A stretch of DNA of 64,000 bases from an uncultured Methanomicrobiaceae archaeon (GCA_963826525.1 CAWGXH010000004.1:160001-224000), one strand, 5' to 3'. Shown: positions 46,042 through 59,756, numbered from the stretch's first letter. Notes: a model not told the origin generated them from the sequence alone. A program made the numbers and translations.

Positions 46042-46880
46042 GCGCGCTCGGTGGACCTAAACAGACCGGCGGCATTCAGCCCCCCACGGGAATGGGTCTC
46101 GTCGGAGGAATTGTACTCATTATTATCGCTCTTGCTATCGCGTTCTTCGCCGTCCAGACAGCAGGGCTTCTCGCACTCATCGGCATCATCATCGGCGGTG
46201 TCCTGGTCGCCTTCGGCGTTCACTTCGTCCCGGTCGGCGGTGCGCCTGCCGCAATGGGTCAGGCTCCCGGTATCGCTACCGGTGTGGCGATGCTCGCGGC
46301 CGGTGCCGGTCTTGCCGGACTCTTCGGCGGCGCATGGGCAGCTCCGTACGGCCTCGCCGTCGCACTCGCCGGCGGTGCAGTCGGTGGCGGTCTGATGATG
46401 GCGATCACCTGCCTCATGGTCAACGTCACCTACATCTTCGGCATGGGTATCCCTGCCGCATCCGGTAAGGTCGACAAGGACCCGATCACCGGCGACACGT
46501 TCCCGGCATACAAGAGCCAGGGTACCGAAGGACACGGACTTCCGTTCATTTCCTACGTCGGCGGTGTCATCGGCGGTACGCTCGGTGGTCTTGGCGGTAC
46601 GCTCATCTACCTCATGCTCCTCGGCGTCTATGAAGAGGTTCTCCCCGTTGCAATGAACGCATCGGTCGAGGAGATCGCACCCGTTGCAATCTCGCTCGCC
46701 GGTATCTTCGCAGTCGGCATGTTCCTCATCAACGCTGTGCTTGCAGCATACAACATCACCGGTACCATCGAAGGACCGCACGACCCCAAGTTCAAGCGGT
46801 TCCCGCGCGCCGTCATCGCAGCAGGTGTCGCGTCCGCAGTGACCGGAGTCTTTGCAATCATGCTGGTAGGGGTGCTCTAA
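46038..46880 (+). CDS. mtrD: MtrD
   Basis: VHFVPVGGAPAAM, SQGTEGHGLP, GTIEGPHDPKFK. Confidence 0.95.
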   Translation: MSALGGPKQTGGIQPPTGMGLVGGIVLIIIALAIAFFAVQTAGLLALIGIIIGGVLVAFGVHFVPVGGAPAAMGQAPGIATGVAMLAAGAGLAGLFGGAWAAPYGLAVALAGGAVGGGLMMAITCLMVNVTYIFGMGIPAASGKVDKDPITGDTFPAYKSQGTEGHGLPFISYVGGVIGGTLGGLGGTLIYLMLLGVYEEVLPVAMNASVEEIAPVAISLAGIFAVGMFLINAVLAAYNITGTIEGPHDPKFKRFPRAVIAAGVASAVTGVFAIMLVGVL

Positions 46881-47733
46881 ATGTCAGTGAAAATTGAAGC
46901 CAGTACAGGTGGAGTTCCGCATAACCAGATCATGATCTACGGTCTTATCGGATCCGTCGTACTCATCTACCTGACCTACCTGAACGTACTCTTTGACACC
47001 ACAGTCTTCTCGTTCCTCGGAGGACTCGGCGCTGTCGCAGCCCTCGTCTGGGGTACCGACACAATCAAGCACCTCTGCAGTTACGGTCTTGGTACCGGTG
47101 TGCCGTCCGCAGGTATGATCGCCTTCGGCTCCGGTGTCGTAGCCATGCTGTTTGCCACCACGACCGGTATCTTCGCACCGATTACCGCCCTTATCGTGGG
47201 AGCGATCGTCGGTGCCGTCGCCGGATTCCTGGCGAACAAGATCGTCCGGATGGACATCCCGGTCATGATCATGTCGCTGACCGAGCTCGCCATCGTCGGT
47301 GCGCTGACGCTCCTCGGACTTGCTGTAATGGTCGGTGGAACGTTCGACTTCTTCGGCCTTGCCGTCGGTTCGACGTCCTTCCTCGGGTTCGTCATTGCGT
47401 CGTACGGCGCCTCGGTCATCGGAGGCAGCATTGTCGCCGTTCTCTTCATGCTCGGTGCAATCGCCATCCAGCACTCGTTCAACGCCTGTCTCGGGCCCGG
47501 CGAGCAGCAGGACCGCACGCTCACGCTCGCCGCGGAGTGCGGATTCCTCTCGATGATCGTGGTCTCGGTCATGTCCTTTGCATTCATCGGCTTCATTCCG
47601 GCAATCATCTCGCTCGTGGTCTCTGTCGCAGGCTGGTTCTACACCTATGCAAACTACATCAAGCCTCTCGAAGCGCGATGCATATGCATGGCTCGATGCA
47701 AAGCCGATTCTGGAGCCAAAGGGAGGTGCCTAA
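46881..47733 (+). CDS. mtrC: MtrC (+1 frameshift at ~47664 near the C-terminus)
   Basis: SYGLGTGVPS, HSFNACLGP; corrected end YIKLSKRDAYAWLDAKPILEPKGGA*. Confidence 0.95.
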
Positions 47734-48018
47734 ATGGGATACATTCTCGTACTCCCTGAGTTCGGTCTCGTCGCAGATCCGATCGTCGGTCTTGTGACCA
47801 CCGCTGGTGAGTCGTATGCACCGGTTCTCAACCAGGTGGCCGAGCTCGAGAAGATCTCCGAGGACCTGATCGGCATGCTCTCCGGTGAAGGGAACTTCCT
47901 TGCTTCGTTCCCGAACAGGGAAGGCGTCCTCAAGATTGCCGGCAGTGTGACCGCATTCTGGTATGGAATGGCAGTCGGCCTGCTGATTGCAGGTGTCGTC
48001 GTGTTCGGACTTGTGTGA
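47734..48018 (+). CDS. mtrB: MtrB
   Basis: PEFGLVADP, SFPNREG, single C-terminal TM helix. Confidence 0.92.
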   Translation: MGYILVLPEFGLVADPIVGLVTTAGESYAPVLNQVAELEKISEDLIGMLSGEGNFLASFPNREGVLKIAGSVTAFWYGMAVGLLIAGVVVFGLV

Positions 48019-48029
48019 GGTGAAGTAAC

Positions 48030-48753
48030 ATGGCAGATAAGAAATCTCCGGCCAGTGGATGGCCAGTCGTGCAGGGTGACTTCCACACGGGAGACGCACA
48101 GAGACTGTGTCGCCGTCGTCACCATGGGTTCCCACCTTGACGAGCAGGGCATCTGCAATGCAGGAGCGGCAATCGCCGGTTCCTGTAAGACCGAGAATCT
48201 CGGTATTGAGAAGATCATCGCAAATATAATCTCCAACCCCAACATCAGATTCGTCCTGAACTGCGGAACGGAGGTCAAGGGACACCTGTCCGGGCAGAGT
48301 TTCATGGCTCTCCACAAGGACGGTATCTCCGGCGGTAAGATCGTCGGCGCACAGGGCGCCATCCCCTTCATCGAGAACCTCGATGATGCGGCCATCACCC
48401 GGTTCCAGGAACAGGTCGAGATGGTCGATATCATGGAGTCCGAGGACATGGGAGCGATCGCCGCGAAGATCAAGGAGCTCACCGCCAGAGACCCCGGCGC
48501 GTTCGCTGCCGAACCCATGATCATCCAGGTCAAGGAAGCAGGCGGCGCAGAGGAGGAAGTCGGCGGCGAGGTTCGCCCGCTCTCCGGTGAGCCTGCCCTG
48601 ATCCACGCTCGCATGAAGATCATCGAACAGATGGTCACCGATATCGGATACCGCGACAGGTTTGCAGCCGGTGTGTATGCAGGAAAAGTCGAGGGTCTCA
48701 TGATCGGTCTGATCGTGTCGTTCGCCATTCTGGGGTTCATCTTGCTGGGGTGA
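48030..48753 (+). CDS. mtrA: MtrA, corrinoid subunit, canonical copy (+1 frameshift at ~48104)
   Basis: [34 protein letters not shown]; MtrA-type C-terminus [12 protein letters not shown]. Confidence 0.95.
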
Positions 48754-48758
48754 TATAA

Positions 48759-48971
48759 GTGGCAGAAGAAGGTAACAAAGCAGCAGGCCCTATCCGGATG
48801 GCAGCCATCGACAGATCGATGAACAACATCCGCTACAAGGCCCAGATCATGGCCCGCACGAACAAGCTCGAGTCAGGTATCCAGAGCGGCGGTCTCGTCG
48901 GCTTCGCAGTCGGCATCCTCGCCGCCATGGTGCTCATCCTGGTCCCGGCAGTCTTCCTGGGGGCGATCTAA
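48759..48971 (+). CDS. mtrF: MtrF
   Basis: [17 protein letters not shown] plus TM helix. Confidence 0.9.
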   Translation: MAEEGNKAAGPIRMAAIDRSMNNIRYKAQIMARTNKLESGIQSGGLVGFAVGILAAMVLILVPAVFLGAI

Positions 48972-48972
48972 C

Positions 48973-49713
48973 ATGGCAGATAAGAAGTCTCCGGCCAGCG
49001 GATGGCCGGTCGTGCAGGGTGACTTCCACACGGGAGACGCACAGAGCTGTGTCGCCGTCGTCACCATGGGTTCCCACCTTGACGAGCAGGGCATCTGCAA
49101 TGCAGGAGCGGCAATCGCCGGTTCCTGTAAGACCGAGAATCTCGGTATTGAGAAGATCATCGCAAATATAATCTCCAACCCCAACATCAGATTCGTCCTG
49201 AACTGCGGAACGGAGGTCAAGGGACACCTGTCCGGGCAGAGTTTCATGGCTCTCCACAAGGACGGTATCTCCGGCGGTAAGATCGTCGGCGCACAGGGCG
49301 CCATCCCCTTCATCGAGAACCTCGATGATGCGGCCATCACCCGGTTCCAGGAACAGGTCGAGATGGTCGATATCATGGAGTCCGAGGACATGGGAGCGAT
49401 CGCCGCGAAGATCAAGGAGCTCACCGCCAGAGACCCCGGCGCGTTCGCTGCCGAACCCATGATCATCCAGGTCAAGGAAGCAGGCGGCGCCGAGATGGGT
49501 GGCGCTGTTGCAGGTGCAAACCCGCAGTACCTTGAGATCGAATCGAGGCTCGACGCTATCGAAGGACAGATCGAGTTCGTCGATGCAGAAATTGCACAGC
49601 GTGTCGGAAGGAAAGTCGGACGCGATATCGGCATCCTGTATGGACTGGTTGCCGGTTTGATCGTATTCATGATGTTGTTGGTGTTGCTGCCGAAACTGGG
49701 CGGCCTTGTGTAA
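48973..49713 (+). CDS. mtrA: MtrA-MtrG fusion protein
   Basis: N-terminal ~172 aa match the first MtrA; C-terminus [11 protein letters not shown]...[16 protein letters not shown] is MtrG. Confidence 0.92.
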   Translation: MADKKSPASGWPVVQGDFHTGDAQSCVAVVTMGSHLDEQGICNAGAAIAGSCKTENLGIEKIIANIISNPNIRFVLNCGTEVKGHLSGQSFMALHKDGISGGKIVGAQGAIPFIENLDDAAITRFQEQVEMVDIMESEDMGAIAAKIKELTARDPGAFAAEPMIIQVKEAGGAEMGGAVAGANPQYLEIESRLDAIEGQIEFVDAEIAQRVGRKVGRDIGILYGLVAGLIVFMMLLVLLPKLGGLV

Positions 49714-49728
49714 GGAGGTTTGACAAAT

Positions 49729-50767
49729 ATGTTCAAGTTTGAGAAAGAACAGACGGTACACGATTTCAACGGTACCAAGATAGGCGGGCAGCCCGGCGAA
49801 TACCCGACGGTGCTGGGTGCTTCCATCTTCTATAACAAGCACGAAGTTGTGAAAAACGATGAGACAGGAGAGATCGACAAGGCGACGGCCGAAGCACTCT
49901 GGAACCGTTGCCAGGAACTCTCCGACACCACTGGCGTTCAGCACTTCATCCAGATCATCGCCGAGTATGGTGAAGCATTCGAGAGCTATATCGACTGGTT
50001 CTGCAGCATCGATGACAAGACAGCATTCCTGATGGACTCCTCGGTGCCTGCGGCACTTGCACATGCCTGCAAGTACGCTGACTGAGGCGGGCGTGGCTGA
50101 CCGTGCGATCTACAACTCGATCAACGGGTCGATCGTCCCGGAGAGCATCCAGGCGCTCAAGGAGAGCGACGTCAACGCCGCCATCGTCCTTGCATTCAAC
50201 CCCGGCGATCCGTCCGTCCGCGGCCGTGAGCAGGTGCTCACCGAGGGCGGCGTCGCCGGACAGGAGAAGAGCATGCTGGCCATCGCAGAAGAGTGCGGAA
50301 TCACCCGCCCGATCCTCGACACCGCAGCAACCCCGCTCGGTATCGGATCCGGCGGTTCATACCGTGAAATCCTCGCCTGCAAGGCCATACACGGCCTGCC
50401 GACCGGCGGTGCCTACCACAACATGACCGTCTCCTGGACGTGGCTCAAGCGCTGGAAGGGAACGAAGAAGACCCCCTCGCAGCAGCTGGCCGGCCTGGAG
50501 GGCAAAGATGCCCTTGTCAAGCAGCTCACGCACCACTATCTTGGTGGCACCGATGGAATGCGCCAGGCAGCCTGGTCTGCACCCGATATCGGATGCAACA
50601 TGGTTGCAAGCACGCTCGGCGCCGACCTGATTATGTACGGCCCGATCGAGAATGTCGAGGCAATGATCACCGCCCAGGCATACATCGACATTGTTGTGCT
50701 GGAAGCAGCGCGCGATCTCGGCACTGAGGTTCAGACCGAGAATCACCCGCTCTTCAAGCTGGTCTAA
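49729..50767 (+). CDS. mtrH: MtrH (+1 frameshift at ~50078)
   Basis: MFKFEKEQ, GGQPGEYPTVL, RAIYNSIN, GADLIMYGPIEN. Confidence 0.95.
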
Positions 50768-50770
50768 ACT

Positions 50771-50781
50771 CTCCTTTTTTT
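50771..50781 (+). terminator. Oligo-T terminator after mtrH
   Basis: CTCCTTTTTTT immediately after the stop codon. Confidence 0.55.
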
Positions 50782-51148
50782 CAGGTACAGACATACCGCT
50801 CCGGCGACGGGGCGCTTCAGAACAGCAGTGTCATGCCCTCCGGAAGGCAACATCCTCACCGGCAGGCAGAGAAATCGCCCCTACACCAACCTGGGTGAAC
50901 AGATCCCGAAAAATGTCGAAAGACGCTACGATCCGCTCGGATCAAAGCAACATTCAGTCATCGTATCGACGAATAAGGGCAATACCGGATCTCTGACAAC
51001 GAGCAAGGCTTCCTGTCGGACTATCGCAAGGGGGAGTTCAGGATTGGCTTCACGTACTGACGAGGTAACCTCCCGCTCACCGAGATTGGTAGTGACCCTG
51101 GAAGAAAAGCCACGCAGCAAAAGAAGATGATCGAAAGGCTCCCTGCCG

Positions 51149-52120
51149 TCAGGGAAGCTCGATCGTTCCGACAATACGAAGTTTCCCGCCGTCAAGGTAG
51201 TGGAGAACCGCCTTTCCGCCCGGAAGGTGCACGAGTTCTTTCTCGAGCGTCAGGGTCAGCCGGGGTTTCCTAAAATTTCCATCGTCAGCCACAGCGTCGA
51301 GACGCGCCGGGACGAACTGCATCCAGTGCCCCAGGTGGAGCACCATTCCCTCCTTAAGAGGTGCAGGCCAGTAGGCGACGAGCGTTGCCGGTGCCTCGAG
51401 CGTCTTCCTGACCCGTAGTGAATCGTCGTTCGAGAGGACATACCCCCGGTCGAGATCCTCTGCTTCGATATTTTTGAGTGCAAGTCCGACCCGGTCTCCG
51501 ACACCTGCCCAGTCGGCGTCGTCGTCGTGTTTCTGAATAGAGCGAAGGAGAACCGACTTCTCTCCGGGATAGAGTTTCAGGGTGTCGTGCTTGCGAATGT
51601 ACCCGTCCTCCACACCGCCGAGGACGACCGTGCCGATCCCGCGCACGTTGAAGTGGTGGTCTATAGAGACCGTTCCGAAGGCAGGCGATTTCGCATCCGG
51701 AGGCATCGGCGTCCTCGCTGCCGCAGCAGAGAGAAGCCGCTCACGCATGGCAATCATATCCTCGCTGACGAACTCGTACTCCGCAAGCACGGTTCCCCGG
51801 AAGAGGGGCGCCACCGCCTCGGGAGTCAGGTAATTCTTCAGGATGACGGCACCTTCTTTCACGCCGACGGACTCGAGCATCAGCACCCACTCACCGAGCA
51901 TCGGGGTGATCTCGGAGAGCACGATGATGACATAGTCCGCCATCGACGCCGCAAAAAAGAGCGGGGCAAGCCGTTCAGGATAGCGCGTCGGTTCGATGAG
52001 AGTGACCGTATCCTTTCCTTTCTTGAGGTTGTAGAAGGTGATATCGGATGCGGTGCCCTTTTTGCCGAGATCCTTTGCGTAGCCTTCCGGTGCCAGCACA
52101 GCTACATTCAGATTTCCCAT
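51149..52120 (-). CDS. Archaeal SelB-like (EF-Tu-like) protein with a degenerate G domain
   Basis: LGKKGTASDIT, IDHHFNVRGIGTVVLG, RSIQKHD, GDRVGLALK; no P-loop. Confidence 0.8.
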   Translation of the reverse strand: MGNLNVAVLAPEGYAKDLGKKGTASDITFYNLKKGKDTVTLIEPTRYPERLAPLFFAASMADYVIIVLSEITPMLGEWVLMLESVGVKEGAVILKNYLTPEAVAPLFRGTVLAEYEFVSEDMIAMRERLLSAAAARTPMPPDAKSPAFGTVSIDHHFNVRGIGTVVLGGVEDGYIRKHDTLKLYPGEKSVLLRSIQKHDDDADWAGVGDRVGLALKNIEAEDLDRGYVLSNDDSLRVRKTLEAPATLVAYWPAPLKEGMVLHLGHWMQFVPARLDAVADDGNFRKPRLTLTLEKELVHLPGGKAVLHYLDGGKLRIVGTIELP

Positions 52121-52278
52121 GATGCATAGAGCTTCGATGGCTCATCGTATGAGGTTTGCTCCACCGTTTTACGATAACTCCTATCGATTACACCCAGGCC
52201 GCACTTCTACACATACGAGGCACGCGCATAAAAACAAAATATTTTTAGTAAAGTCAACAATACTTTACTTAATGGAGT

Positions 52279-53229
52279 ATGCCCGGAAAGACGCTGATAG
52301 CTATCCCTATCCTTATTTGCACACTTCTCGCCAGCATGGTGTTCGCAGTTGCGGTAGGACCGACCACTATTCCACTCGAAACCCTCTTCACCTCGCCGAC
52401 CTCGCAGATGATCGTCTGGGACGTCAGGGTTCCGCGGGTGATCACCACAGTGCTGGTCGGATGCGCTCTTGCCATGGCGGGTACGGCTATGCAAGGTCTG
52501 TTCAAAAACTCGATGGCCGATCCGTATATCATCGGCACGTCGTCGGGTGCCGGGCTCGGAGCCGCACTTGCAATCGTTTTCTTCGCCGGTGCCGGGCTTC
52601 CCATCCTGGCGTTCGCCGGAGCGACGATCGCCACCTTTACCGTCTATACCATCGCACGCAAAGGCGGGAAAGTGCCGGTTGAGACGCTCCTCCTTGCCGG
52701 TGTTGCCCTTTCGATGCTCTTTTCAGCGTTCCTCTCGTTTCTCATGTATACTGCAGGAAAGAGCCTGCACCAGATCATGTTCTGGCTGATGGAGGGTTCT
52801 GGAACGTCTAGTGGAACGACGATGTACATAGGCATCCTGATCCCGATCGGCTGCGCGGTCATGTACATCTATGCACGCGACGTGAATATCGTCTCGCTCG
52901 GCGAAGAGGATGCAATCCATCTCGGCGTGAACGTGGAGTCTTTAAAGCAGATACTCCTCTTCATCAGCGCATTCTTAACCGGAATAGCGGTTTCAATTGC
53001 AGGGGCGATCGGGTTTATAGGCCTGATCACCCCCCACGTGATGCGCCTGATCGTCGGACCCGACCATCGTATTCTCTTTCCAGCGGTGGTCCTCGCGGGA
53101 GGTATTCTCCTCCTCTGGTCCGATACCCTGGCAAGAACCCTCGCAAACGAGATGCCGGTCGGGATCATCACTGCCTGTTTCGGCGCACCGTTCTTCATTT
53201 ACCTGCTCAGGAGCCGGATGAAAGCATGA
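52279..53229 (+). CDS. FecCD/BtuC-family ABC permease (corrinoid or iron chelate)
   Basis: [46 protein letters not shown]; apparent compensating indels at ~52790-52825. Confidence 0.9.
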   Translation: MPGKTLIAIPILICTLLASMVFAVAVGPTTIPLETLFTSPTSQMIVWDVRVPRVITTVLVGCALAMAGTAMQGLFKNSMADPYIIGTSSGAGLGAALAIVFFAGAGLPILAFAGATIATFTVYTIARKGGKVPVETLLLAGVALSMLFSAFLSFLMYTAGKSLHQIMFWLMEGSGTSSGTTMYIGILIPIGCAVMYIYARDVNIVSLGEEDAIHLGVNVESLKQILLFISAFLTGIAVSIAGAIGFIGLITPHVMRLIVGPDHRILFPAVVLAGGILLLWSDTLARTLANEMPVGIITACFGAPFFIYLLRSRMKA

Positions 53230-54469
53230 GACCAGTCGACGTTATCGATCTCGATGTCTCCTACGGAGCACACAAGATCTTCGAAGCAGTCTCGTTCCAT
53301 GCAGATGCGGGCGAGATTCTTGGGATCATCGGACCGAACGGCTCCGGCAAGACGACGCTGCTCAAAGCGATGAGCAGGATTGTCGCGCCGGACAGCGGAG
53401 AGATCACTCTCAACGATCGCAATCTGAATGCACTCGATTTCCGGGAGCTGGCGCAGCAGATTGCCGTCGTGCCGCAGGATATCTCGATCAATTTCGAGTA
53501 TACCGTCCGCGACATCGTCATGATGGGGCGGCATCCCTACATCGGCAGGTTCTCATCCGAGACGGCTGCGGACTTTGAGATCTGCAACCGCGCCATGCAG
53601 CTCGCGAAGGTCGCACACCTCGCTGACACATCCGTTCATGAGATCAGCGGCGGCGAACGCCAGCGGGTGTTGATCGCCCGGGCGCTTGCGCAGGAGCCGA
53701 AGATCCTGCTGCTTGACGAGGCGACCTCAAACCTCGATATCAGCCACCAGATCGAGATCCTGAATATCATCAGGGATCTTACCGGGAAGGTCACCGTCAT
53801 CAGTGTCTTCCACGATCTGAACCTAGCGCATACTATTGCGACAGGCTGATCATGCTGAAAGAGAAGAGGATCTTTGCTATCGGTGCGCCCGGAGATGTGC
53901 TGACCCGGGAGGCACTCGATGCGGTATACGGGATCGACACGCTGGTAAAAATCCATCCACTGACAGGAAAACCCTATATTCTCCCGGTATACGACAATAC
54001 TACAAAAAATAAACCAGAGCGCAGTGTGCACGTCATATGCGGCGGCGGCACAGGGTCCGATCTCCTCTATGCCCTGCAAAAGGAAGGGTTCCGGATGAGC
54101 ACCGGTGTGCTCACTATTTTTGATACCGACTATGCGACCGCAACGGCACTGCACATCCCCTGCGTTACTGAGGCCCCGTTCAGCGCGATCTCATCCGAAG
54201 CACGCGAGGAACTCGGGCGGTGCATCGATGCCGCGGATGCGGTCGTCGTCACGGCAATGCCCATAGGAAAGGGAAACCTCGACAATATCAGGATACTGAA
54301 GCATTACCGGACAAAGTCAATCATACTTCTGGACGGCGACGGACTCGGGTCTTTCCGGGACTACACCGGAGGGGAGGCCGAAACGATAATTCACGGGCTG
54401 CTCGAGCAGGGAGCGGTTTGGACAGATCGAATCGAGCAGGTCGCGCATCTCCTGAAGGAAACGGCATGA
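53226..54469 (+). CDS. FepC/BtuD-family ABC ATPase with C-terminal extension (frameshift at ~53828)
   Basis: GPNGSGKTT, ISGGERQR, LLLDE, HDLNLA/AYYCD; extension VHVICGGGTG. Confidence 0.88.
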
Positions 54470-54578
54470 TCCCCTCCTTGCAAAACCACAGATACCGGTC
54501 GGATCCGACCCGACAGGACGGAGAGTGACGAGGATGCGAGCATGACGGCAATCGCCTTTCTTCACGATCAAACTGGCA

Positions 54579-54611
54579 GGAAGTCCACGACCAAAGTCGT
54601 GGGTAGTTGAC
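54579..54611. mobile_element. IS200/IS605-family end-like hairpin (orphan end or MITE remnant)
   Basis: GGAAGT-CCACGAC-caaa-GTCGTGG-GTAGTTGAC; no transposase seen nearby. Confidence 0.5.
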
Positions 54612-54841
54612 ATGCTATCAACTCCAGGGAACCAATCCACGGTAATATCAAGCGCACGGTTACCATACCCAGCTCTCCCTGACGGCAAAATGCCACCCAA
54701 TATAGGGTTAAATTCTAATTAACCACAAAGTATTCCACCAATTAAAAAATGAAGACAGAATTTTAAAAAACAAGTGATTTGATATTAATACAATAGTACT
54801 TTGTAAAGTTTTATTAATATAAAACAATTTTAATAGTACAA

Positions 54842-55599
54842 ATGAAACAGACGACATATTTGCTCGTATGCACATTGCTCATCTCTCTATTCCTGGTGGG
54901 ATGCGCAAGCGCCGATTATCCGTGTTTTCACTACGACGCTCAGAGAACAGGGTAAGTAAAACAAAGACGGCACGCTGAAAAAAAAGTTAGCTGGAGAGAA
55001 GACCTAGATGAATTAATAGGCGCACCGACGATAGAGAAGGATGGCCGGGTTTACGTAGAAGTATGGATTGAAATGAACTTAGAAAAAGGAGAAAAATAAT
55101 AAACTGTAAATGACTGAATGAAGACTGAAGGCAGAGAGATCTGGAAAAAAAAGCTAGGCAAAGGTGAAGGCAACATCTAAAGAGAGGCAATAGACAGCAA
55201 AGGCTCTTAGTAGGATGCATGGAGGGCAAAGATTACTACATAGATAAAGCAGAAGGGAGCAAGATCTGGAGAGACAAAGTAAACACAGGGAGGAGCGGCG
55301 GGAACTGGTACGGCCTCGCTTCATGCTCTGCGGTGTGGACGATACATTCTGCGTAACCTATCTCACAGAAGGGAAGCTGCAAGACTTAGATCTAGATGGG
55401 AATGAGGTATGGACATATGAGACAGGGAACGCAACGTTCGCATACTACTCGCCGGCTGTCGATACCGGCAGAAACTGACTTAGCAGGCAAAAACGTTGCT
55501 GATGCTCTCTACTGCGTCGATGCCGCGAAACGCAAGGAGAATCTGAAACGGCAACTGACGGGCAGCTCAGGTGTAAACGGTGATCAGAGGAGAAAAAGT

Positions 55600-55600
<1 letters not shown>
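54842..55600 (+). CDS. Secreted PQQ-like beta-propeller surface protein, 5' part; remainder lost in corrupted sequence
   Basis: MKQTTYLLVCTLLISLFLVGCASADYPCFHYDAQRTG then rapid degradation of the frame. Confidence 0.5.
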
Positions 55601-57749
<2,149 letters not shown>

Positions 57750-57750
<1 letters not shown>

Positions 57751-58720
57751 AAGGATGCAGCGGCAATATCCTGTACCTCGCGACGGAGAGTCTGCGTAAC
57801 CGGTCCGTTCAGGGGCAGGCTTTTACGGAGAAGAGATTGGCAGTCCGGTCCGGGAAACAGGGTATGGAGGTTGCGGAATCGGAGGACGGCCTGTACGGCG
57901 CTGTGAGCACGGAGAGAGGGTATACCTCTTTAATCAGAACGGAACGATGCTCTGGAGCCGTCCTGTTTCCTCCGGCAGGAGCGTTGCTATCTCGCCCGAA
58001 GGCACGTACATCGTAAGCGGAGGTGACCGTCTCCTGCTATTGACCGGAGTGGTGAGGTGCGCTGGAGTTACACCCGGAGTCCCGAGTACGGAGTGTAGCC
58101 GCCGGTGCGGACGCACATACCATCTGTGCAGGCACCGATACCACTCTCTTGGCATTTTCGCTAGACGATGGGCGCAGGAATGCCATATCTCGTGGTCGGT
58201 CGACGTTCAGGACAGAATAGAGAGTATATCGAGGAGAGAGGGATCAGGGATCGTCGCCGGCACCGAATCGGGCAACGTCTGCTTCTTCATGCGATGGCCA
58301 GCTCTCTGGACATATCGGACAGGCAGTGGCCTATCCGGGCTGGTATCTCCCATGACGGTCCACCGTCGCCGTGGCTCGACTCGGATGTCCGTACTCTTTT
58401 AACAGGATGGACGCCTTCTCTGGAAGCTCGGCGAGTGAGAGAGTTACGGACATATCAATCTCCGCAGACGGTTCAACCATCGGCTTGCAAAGGAGGCATC
58501 TCCGCCCGCACAGGGACGGAGATGTCCTGTGGACGTAATGACGAAGCGGATACCAGATGTGTCTCCGTCTCCCGACGCTGCGCATCTCATCGCCGGTGCG
58601 GTTGACGGCACGGCGCGCAGTTCAAACTGCAACCGGGGACATCATCTGTCGGACAGTCCGCACACCCGCACCTGACACCCTCCGACCGAAGAAACCCTGC
58701 AGAACACCACTGCCTTCCCA
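57750..58720 (+). CDS. Fragmented WD40/PQQ-type beta-propeller protein (error-rich sequence)
   Basis: Fragments MLWSRPVSSGRSVAISPEGTYIVSG, SWSVDVQDRIESIS, IVAGTESGNV, LWTYRTG. Confidence 0.45.
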
Positions 58721-58832
58721 ACTGACTGGATACCCCAAAAGCAAGAGGCGGCACCCGCCCGACTGCACCGCTCGCCGTGAGTGCATGCCTGGCCATGCTG
58801 ACATACAGAAGAAGAAAAGGAATGGCCTGACC

Positions 58833-59560
58833 ATGCCCGACGGAGAAGAGATGGATGCTCCACCTGCTGCCTGATGAACCAGACGCTCGAAGAAGCTGAG
58901 TCGTTCTGCCCCCATACAAATCTGGTGGAGATCTCCGACGGCATTCATTCTCTCTTTTTATCCGAAGAGATCTGCGATCGTTCGACCTCCGGTATACGGT
59001 GCATGCACCCTGCGCCGATATCAATATCGCATCGGAGAATGAACGATTGCGGAAGGCAGCCATCACAGTAATCGCCGATCTGGCCACAATTTGCGACAGG
59101 ATAGGAGCAGAACGGATGGTTATTCTCGGGACGCATATGGGGAGAGGAGATGCGGAGCGTCTCCCAGAAAGCCCTTGAAAACTCGCTGATAGACCTGAAA
59201 AGACTACAGGAAGACCGGAACGTCCGACTCACCATCGAGAATATGGGATCGTGGGACTCCTACTTATTCAGGGAGCCGGCGTTTCTGGACCGGCTGGCCG
59301 ATCTCAACCTCGGCTTTACCCTTGATGTGGGGCATGCTCATGTGAACGGCCTCCTTGAAACGTTTCTGGAACGCGGGGGGGCAGTTCTGCTCATCTGCAC
59401 GACAACAGGGGATACAGCGACGACCATCTGGCATGCGGGGAAGGGAGTATCGATTTCGAGCCGGTCATGCGGTCGCTCCCCGCAAATGCCACGAAGATAG
59501 TAGAACCCATGGAACTGCAACACTATTTCAGTGAGTCTCGAACACCTGACGTCACTCTCG
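58833..59560 (+). CDS. Sugar phosphate isomerase/epimerase-family TIM barrel (AP endonuclease 2 fold), multiply frameshifted
   Basis: Fragments VEISDGIH, HAPCADINIA, TIENMG, TLDVGHAH, HLHDN, DDHLACGEGSIDF. Confidence 0.65.
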
Positions 59561-59756
59561 GGTGATCTTGCTCGATCGATCCGGCGCCCCCGGCCGATCA
59601 ACTGTTCCACGGCTTTTTGAAACTCAAGGAAAGACAGTGAGATTTCCTGGCTCTCCAAACCCCGGATACGCGTTCGCGCCGCGCGACGAGACGGTGCGCC
59701 CTCCCGCATCCAGGCGAAGGTGCCAGTAGGTCACGTCCGCGGCGTGAAATATGAGG

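Larger units (their letters stand above)
48030..49490 (+). repeat. ~520-bp near-identical direct repeat (mtrA domain; ~48030-48548 and ~48973-49490)
   Basis: Only three synonymous differences seen in the first 40 nt, plus the extra A at ~48104. Confidence 0.9.

Noticed and set aside
36942-50064. Long antisense ORFs opposite fwdA, mcrA and mtrA (for example 43148..44989)
   Set aside because: Shadow ORFs caused by strong codon bias in highly expressed GC-rich genes; no recognisable motifs
50083-50085. TGA in mtrH (and at 16478 in the PKD gene) as selenocysteine recoding
   Set aside because: The downstream coding continues in a different frame, so these stops result from indels
50790-51148. 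Small ORFs between mtrH and the SelB-like gene
   Set aside because: No start context or motif that I can support; possibly a decayed gene
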